This document shows, piece by piece, positions 59,030-64,000 of a DNA stretch of 64,000 bases. The position numbers and the translations under genes are program-made. Origin of the DNA: Cyanobacteria bacterium auto_48_18 (GTDB lineage: Bacteria; Cyanobacteriota; Vampirovibrionia; Obscuribacterales; Obscuribacteraceae); assembly GCA_036170915.1 (NCBI GenBank), contig JAVHQC010000010.1:160001-224000 (forward strand). The letters run 5' to 3'. Under the pieces are notes generated by a model. The model saw only the letters and a list, made by a program, of their open reading frames with translations, did no database searches and had not been told where the DNA came from. Positions within the stretch are counted from its first letter, which is position 1. Every line of letters begins with the position of its first letter.

Positions 59030-59465
59030 TTGCCTGAACTGTCCTCTACCGCCAAAGAGACGAAACCAATACCGCCACTGCCCATTCGCTTTTTGGCCTG
59101 GACCGCAGCTTTTTGGTCTCCATTTTTATGGCTGTTCGTTATTAGCATACGTCGGTATGCATGCAGTTCTCGATCTAAAACTGCCTGAAGAACAATTGCG
59201 CGCATTGATTTCAAATTGGATAGCGGGCGGCGCCTGGACCGGCCTTTTTCTGTTTGCAATTTGCTTTTGCGCGAATAGTTGGTTTAGAAGGAAATCGCCG
59301 CTGATTATATTGACGTGGCTGATTATGATCTGCACCTACGGTAGCGGCATAACAATAGGCTCATTCACAAGCGCAATTATAAAATCAAGTCGGAGTGTCG
59401 GTGATCAGTTAGATCGGCTCAAAGAACAAAAAGAAGCTTCACGACGCGAAAACGGTGGCAATTAG
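59030..59465 (+). pseudogene. Membrane protein gene with a probable frameshift near 59140
   Basis: GGAG + TTG start matches the paralog at 63883 (PELSSTA.ETKPIPPLPIRFL.W); the hydrophobic C-terminus continues in another frame. Confidence 0.6.
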
Positions 59466-59573
59466 TACAATACATGAGCCGAGCTTGTTGATTTGTGATC
59501 TGACAATCCAATAGGCCAGAGCGTCCAGACAAGATCTTCTACTTCCTCATTCTTACACGGACCAAAAAGCTAT

Positions 59574-60038
59574 ATGGAATCAAGCAGCGATAGCGTCACA
59601 ATTTCGCTCAATAATGACCCTTTTGAGTGCGGAGCATCTTTTCGCATTTATGACGGTTCTCAAAACATTGTTTTTGATATCGAAGAGATTAGCGAGAAAC
59701 TCAATCTCAAACCGACAATGGCGCATCTGAGAGGACCTAAGCCTCACAATAAGAACCATGTTTATGGAAGCAGCGCATGGCTTTTACATTCGGAAAAATC
59801 GGTCAAATCAAGTGAGCCCGGCAGGCACCTTTCGTGGATTCTAGATCAAATCGCACACGCACACAGTGCCATTAGGGAGTTCAAAATTCGTGGTTTTAAA
59901 GTAGAAATCTGGCTGACAATTAGAATAGGACATTGGAACACGCTAGCTGTTCTTTCGCCAGAAATCATTGCTGCACTTCAACACTTCGATATCCCCCTGC
60001 TCATCGACATCTATGATTACCAAGATCTTGGAGGCTAG
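59574..60038 (+). CDS. DUF4279-like protein
   Basis: ASFRIY...ISEKLNLKPT...AWLLHS...LSPEIIAAL..FDIPLLIDIY. Confidence 0.65.
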   Translation: MESSSDSVTISLNNDPFECGASFRIYDGSQNIVFDIEEISEKLNLKPTMAHLRGPKPHNKNHVYGSSAWLLHSEKSVKSSEPGRHLSWILDQIAHAHSAIREFKIRGFKVEIWLTIRIGHWNTLAVLSPEIIAALQHFDIPLLIDIYDYQDLGG

Positions 60039-60126
60039 ATGTGCGCCATAAAATCGCCTCTCGGCTTTTAAAGCATATGCGGGCTTACTCAAGCTCGCAC
60101 CGCTTCTGATACCACATACCTTTGCT

Positions 60127-62133
60127 CTACTTCGGCTCAAAAATTACTTGCCGACCCGGGTAGTCGAAGGTCACGGTCTTAAATCGGCGGAAAAAATGAT
60201 CACCTAATACAATTTCGCTTGCCATTGAAGGAGCCTGCTCGGCAGAATACACGTCAAAGTAGGGCGCATCAAAATTAGACTTGCCAAGCTTGATACTCTT
60301 CAAGCGAACATGATTGGAGTCCAATCGTCCTATCCACGGGCCCGCTATGTGACCTTTGAAAATGAACTCTGTTTGAATCGGTTTAAGTAACGAGTCAGGC
60401 GAAATATTAAAAGGACCTCCGGTATCTAAAAGTGCTGATACCACAATGCGATCATCTAAAGTGACGCTGCAATAAGGTTTGTGGTCGCGCACTCTCATAG
60501 GCAAGATAATGATCGGGTTTAAACCGCTTGGCTTTAACGAGCTAGAGAGAATGACCTTCTTGTTTAAATAATCTACCGTGACAATAAAATTCTCAAGAAT
60601 ATTTCCACCGAGGAAACCGCTCAAAGACTTGTGTCCAACCAAACCGTCATTAACAGCCATCGATACAGTCGGTAGAGTGACAGTGTCTAATTGAATGCTA
60701 CGAGCAGTAAAGGAGCCGTAGCTATATCCTGTTCCATTAGCAGTAGCGCCGCGCAACGGAACATTTTCCAATTTACCAATTTGAGGCATTGCTTGTTTCC
60801 ACAACTCTGAGTGATTGCAACCCGTATCAAGCATCAGCTCGAGAGCATGGTCGTTAACGCGCGCTGGAACACAAATATGATTTTGATCATCATAGTGAAA
60901 CGGCAAGACGACGGACTTACTTTTGAGTTGCTGATCGATATTGTATTTGGGACTATGTTTGCTGTAATGATGCAAAACCACCATGGGATTACAAAGAGAC
61001 GAGGAGCGTCGTTCACTTGGCGTCGCGAACCTATCTGCCTGATACCAGGCACTATCTGCCTGACTGATCTTCTCAAGCATCAGATAGTCTCGTCCGAGAT
61101 TGACCCAATTGAACTGACTTTCAGCGTCGATACTCGAGATTTTAGTTCGAAACGGAATGGCTTTGTCATAGAGTCCAAGATCTTCGTAAGAGGCGGCAGT
61201 GGTGCAGAGAGCGCATAGTGAATTAGCGTTCAGCCCTATCGCCTTACTGCAATCTGCCAATGCATTTTGTAGTTGCCCCAATTGATAATATGCATGGCCA
61301 CGTTGCTCGTATACTTTTGCTAGCTGCGGACTGATTTGCACTGCCAACGTCAAATCGTCAATCTGCTTTTGATATTGACCAAGGTCACGGTAAGCATCCG
61401 CGCGTAACAAATATCCTTGAGGGGATTGAGGATTAAGCTTAATGGCAGCAGTATAGTCCTCCACCGCCTTGTGAAACTCACCGAGACGAAGGTAGATGAA
61501 ACCCCGTTCGATAAAAGGCCCAGACTGCTTTGAGGTCAGGCTCAAAGCTTTGTTGCAGTCTTGTAGAGCTTCTTGATACTTCTTTAAGTGCCTCAAGGCC
61601 GTCGCTCGGAACAAATAATATCTCATGACCTTTGGTTCTAAGGCAATCGCTTTGTTGCACTCCTCGACGTCTTTGTCATAATTTTCTAGGCGCTCATACA
61701 CCAGGGCCCGCATGCCATAAGGATCGGCCAACTTTGGGTCTAAGGCGATCGCTTTATCGCTATCAGCAAGCGCATCCTGATAGCGTTTGACCAAGATATA
61801 AATTGCCGCCCTGGTGCAATATGCGAGGGCAAATTTTGGGTCAAGAGCTATTGCTGCATGACTGTCAGCAAGCGCCTCGTCATATTTTTCAAGCTTGCCA
61901 TATGCGAACGAGCGTTCTCGATAAGCTTGCGCGTATTTAGGATTTTTTTTGATCAAGGTGTTCAGAGAATCAAGCGCAGCTTGGTCTCGATTTTGACTCA
62001 GTAAACCTTGGGCGTTCTCTAGCAGCTCAGATGGCGTAGGCGGGAAAGGACCGAGTCGGTACATCCACGCAAAAATAACGATTGAGGCAATGAGCACAGC
62101 TGCGATTAGTAAGTGGATTTTAAAACGCACCAA
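60127..62133 (-). CDS. TPR protein with two retropepsin-like aspartic protease domains
   Basis: N-terminal TM, many TPRs, LMLDTG and ALLDTG, GFLGGNIL...VTVDY. Confidence 0.88.
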   Translation of the reverse strand: MVRFKIHLLIAAVLIASIVIFAWMYRLGPFPPTPSELLENAQGLLSQNRDQAALDSLNTLIKKNPKYAQAYRERSFAYGKLEKYDEALADSHAAIALDPKFALAYCTRAAIYILVKRYQDALADSDKAIALDPKLADPYGMRALVYERLENYDKDVEECNKAIALEPKVMRYYLFRATALRHLKKYQEALQDCNKALSLTSKQSGPFIERGFIYLRLGEFHKAVEDYTAAIKLNPQSPQGYLLRADAYRDLGQYQKQIDDLTLAVQISPQLAKVYEQRGHAYYQLGQLQNALADCSKAIGLNANSLCALCTTAASYEDLGLYDKAIPFRTKISSIDAESQFNWVNLGRDYLMLEKISQADSAWYQADRFATPSERRSSSLCNPMVVLHHYSKHSPKYNIDQQLKSKSVVLPFHYDDQNHICVPARVNDHALELMLDTGCNHSELWKQAMPQIGKLENVPLRGATANGTGYSYGSFTARSIQLDTVTLPTVSMAVNDGLVGHKSLSGFLGGNILENFIVTVDYLNKKVILSSSLKPSGLNPIIILPMRVRDHKPYCSVTLDDRIVVSALLDTGGPFNISPDSLLKPIQTEFIFKGHIAGPWIGRLDSNHVRLKSIKLGKSNFDAPYFDVYSAEQAPSMASEIVLGDHFFRRFKTVTFDYPGRQVIFEPK

Positions 62134-62224
62134 GACTCACCTTGTCAGTTGCCACAGTTTTGATGTCATTGGTTAGCACGAAAAATTGGCTCATTAACAC
62201 CGAAACAACGACGAGTAGCAACCG

Positions 62225-62659
62225 CTACATCTGCTGAGACTCTGCTGAAACGCCACCATCGCAGGTATAGTCGAAAGCAAACGCTACATTGATTGTTTCT
62301 GGAGCACCTGGCGGCAGGGGCCGAAATGGCGCTGCATTCTCCACCGCTTTCATCGCTGCATTATCTACAATTGCCAAACCACAAGATTGCTGTAGTTTCA
62401 AGTTACTCAGGCTTCCATCTCGTGAAACGATGAAAACAAGTCTTACTTTTTTGCTTTCAGTTCCTTTTGGAGGAAACCAAGCTCTTTTAATACGCTTGCA
62501 TAAGTCTGCCATATACAGCTTATGAACAATCTCTTTCGACAAAGTAATTGGGGGTTTGGCTGAGGGTTCAGCTGAAATTGGCAAAGAACAGCAGAGCCCG
62601 CAGAGCACTGTCAATGCAGAAACTCTTGCCGTTTGCCAAACTAGATTTTTGACCTTCAT
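62225..62659 (-). CDS. TonB C-terminal domain protein
   Basis: YMADLCKRIKRAWFPP...DNAAMKAVENAAPFRPLP. Confidence 0.85.
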   Translation of the reverse strand: MKVKNLVWQTARVSALTVLCGLCCSLPISAEPSAKPPITLSKEIVHKLYMADLCKRIKRAWFPPKGTESKKVRLVFIVSRDGSLSNLKLQQSCGLAIVDNAAMKAVENAAPFRPLPPGAPETINVAFAFDYTCDGGVSAESQQM

Positions 62660-62671
62660 CGAAATAACCTC

Positions 62672-63715
62672 TTATTCATCCGCACTATATGTGGTGCTAA
62701 ACGCTTGAAGTAATGGGAACATTGCTAGCAGACCAATTAGACTTAAAATGCCAAACATGGAGCAAAACAATGAGGCCATTTGCAGGTCAGACAGAGCTCC
62801 GACAATATCACCCATCAAAAAGCGCACATCAGCCCTATGCCTGGCAGCCCACCTGTCAGAAGGGTCGATGTTCAGCGCCTGGTCAAAGTCTGCGAGCGCG
62901 CTTTTCATATCGCCCATTTCTAAATGCAACAGGCCTCGATTGCCATAGGCCATACCAAATTGATTATCAAGCTTAAGGGCCATATTATAATCTTCTAGCG
63001 CTGCCGCTTTGTTCCTGTCGGCTAACCATGTGGCTCTTACGTTGTAACTCGACGAAGAAGTTGGACTAATCTTGATGGCTCGATTAAAATCATTCATAGC
63101 TAAATCGTAGTGTCCAGAAAACGCAAGCGCTCGACCGCGAATGATATAAGACCAGGTGTCCTTCGGGGAAAGGCGAATCGCGATATCACAATCCGACACC
63201 GCTTCTCGAAACTTTTCAAGCTCAAGATAAATCTCCGCGCGCTTGCGGAAATCGTAAAAAAGATGCTGGCTTGGGGATTTGCTTTTAATAGCAATCACGC
63301 GACTTAAATCATCAATGGCCCCGGCCTTGTCAGACAATTTCAGTTTGGTATTCGCTCGCGAGTGAAGATCGAATGTGTCCTCAGGAGTTCGTTTTAAAAC
63401 TTCGTTGTAGTCCAGTAGCGCACTTTTGTAATCGCCTAAATCGAAATAATTGTCACCTCTACAAGAGATTGCTGTGACCAAGCTCGGGTCAAGCCTGATT
63501 GCCTCAGAGTAGTCCTGTACAGCATGGCGATAATCGCGGCACCCAGTCCAAAAATCGCCCCGGCGGGCCCAGTCATATGCGGTCTTTTGCGCAAGAGGCA
63601 GTTCTGTAGACTGCGGATTGTGAGGCCCACATGAATGAGTAGCCCAGGCAGCAGCAAATGAGCTGAGCGCCACGGCCGTTATCAAAACTGCAATTCTGGT
63701 GTGAAGGGTCGGCAT
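62672..63715 (-). CDS. TPR-repeat protein
   Basis: Multiple canonical TPRs; signal peptide and C-terminal TM. Confidence 0.88.
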   Translation of the reverse strand: MPTLHTRIAVLITAVALSSFAAAWATHSCGPHNPQSTELPLAQKTAYDWARRGDFWTGCRDYRHAVQDYSEAIRLDPSLVTAISCRGDNYFDLGDYKSALLDYNEVLKRTPEDTFDLHSRANTKLKLSDKAGAIDDLSRVIAIKSKSPSQHLFYDFRKRAEIYLELEKFREAVSDCDIAIRLSPKDTWSYIIRGRALAFSGHYDLAMNDFNRAIKISPTSSSSYNVRATWLADRNKAAALEDYNMALKLDNQFGMAYGNRGLLHLEMGDMKSALADFDQALNIDPSDRWAARHRADVRFLMGDIVGALSDLQMASLFCSMFGILSLIGLLAMFPLLQAFSTTYSADE

Positions 63716-63882
63716 TCTATGATCATACCCACTGAAGACCGCAGTGGTAATGGTGATTACCTCACTGCGCGGAGGGTCAATTCGTCCCGGACGTTCTCCT
63801 GGTTATAGCCATGGTGCATTGTAATTTCGGTGAAACGGCCCAGATGCATCTAGAATAGACGCATACCAATCGGAGCCATGGC

Positions 63883-64000
63883 TTGCCTGAACTGTCCTCT
63901 ACCGCCAACGAGACGAAACCAATACCGCCACTGCCCATACGCTTTTTGGTCTGGACCGCAGTTGCTTGGTATCCAATCTTATGGTTGTTCATTCTATGTG
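63883..64000 (+). CDS. Partial membrane protein, paralog of 59030..59465
   Basis: GGAG RBS + TTG; MPELSSTANETKPIPPLPIRFLVWTAVAWYPILWLFILC..., runs off the window. Confidence 0.6.
   Translation, partial: MPELSSTANETKPIPPLPIRFLVWTAVAWYPILWLFILC

Noticed and set aside
59025..59465. 146-aa ORF starting MACLNCPLPP as a Cys-rich protein
   Set aside because: RBS spacing and the paralog at 63883 favour the TTG frame (MPELSS...), so this ORF joins a wrong-frame start to the real C-terminus
30000..64000. Prophage, ICE or IS element explaining the rearrangements
   Set aside because: No integrase, transposase, phage or conjugation genes and no terminal repeats seen

Overview
Bacterial chromosomal window. 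The lineage is probably Candidatus Melainabacteria (Obscuribacterales-like). This is inferred from the cyanobacterial-type FabH and the many TPR, LRR, Ser/Thr kinase, EF-hand and zinc-ribbon proteins, and it is not proven. Bases 1-30 kb are mostly housekeeping or accessory genes: aqpZ, fabH, an RND efflux pair, a histidine phosphatase, patatin, an SDR, BON/general-stress genes, an intact HigBA pair and a metallopeptidase fused to a VHL domain. Bases 30-64 kb are a heavily rearranged accessory/defence region with duplicated genes, gene fragments, a complete type I Wadjet operon (jetABCD), an Abi_2/HEPN gene and two zinc-ribbon repeat genes. The most striking pattern is a set of toxin-antitoxin loci whose toxins are cut down to relics while the antitoxins are kept or fused together (Xre-HTH, CopG/RHH, BrnA, AbrB and possibly an abiF-type RNA). 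These loci lie near the anti-plasmid Wadjet system. Three TA loci share an identically spaced ECF-sigma-like promoter motif, and a 94-bp symmetric element with six half-sites lies at 32686-32779. I saw no rRNA, tRNA, CRISPR array, integrase or transposase. All family calls are by motif recognition only; no searches were run.
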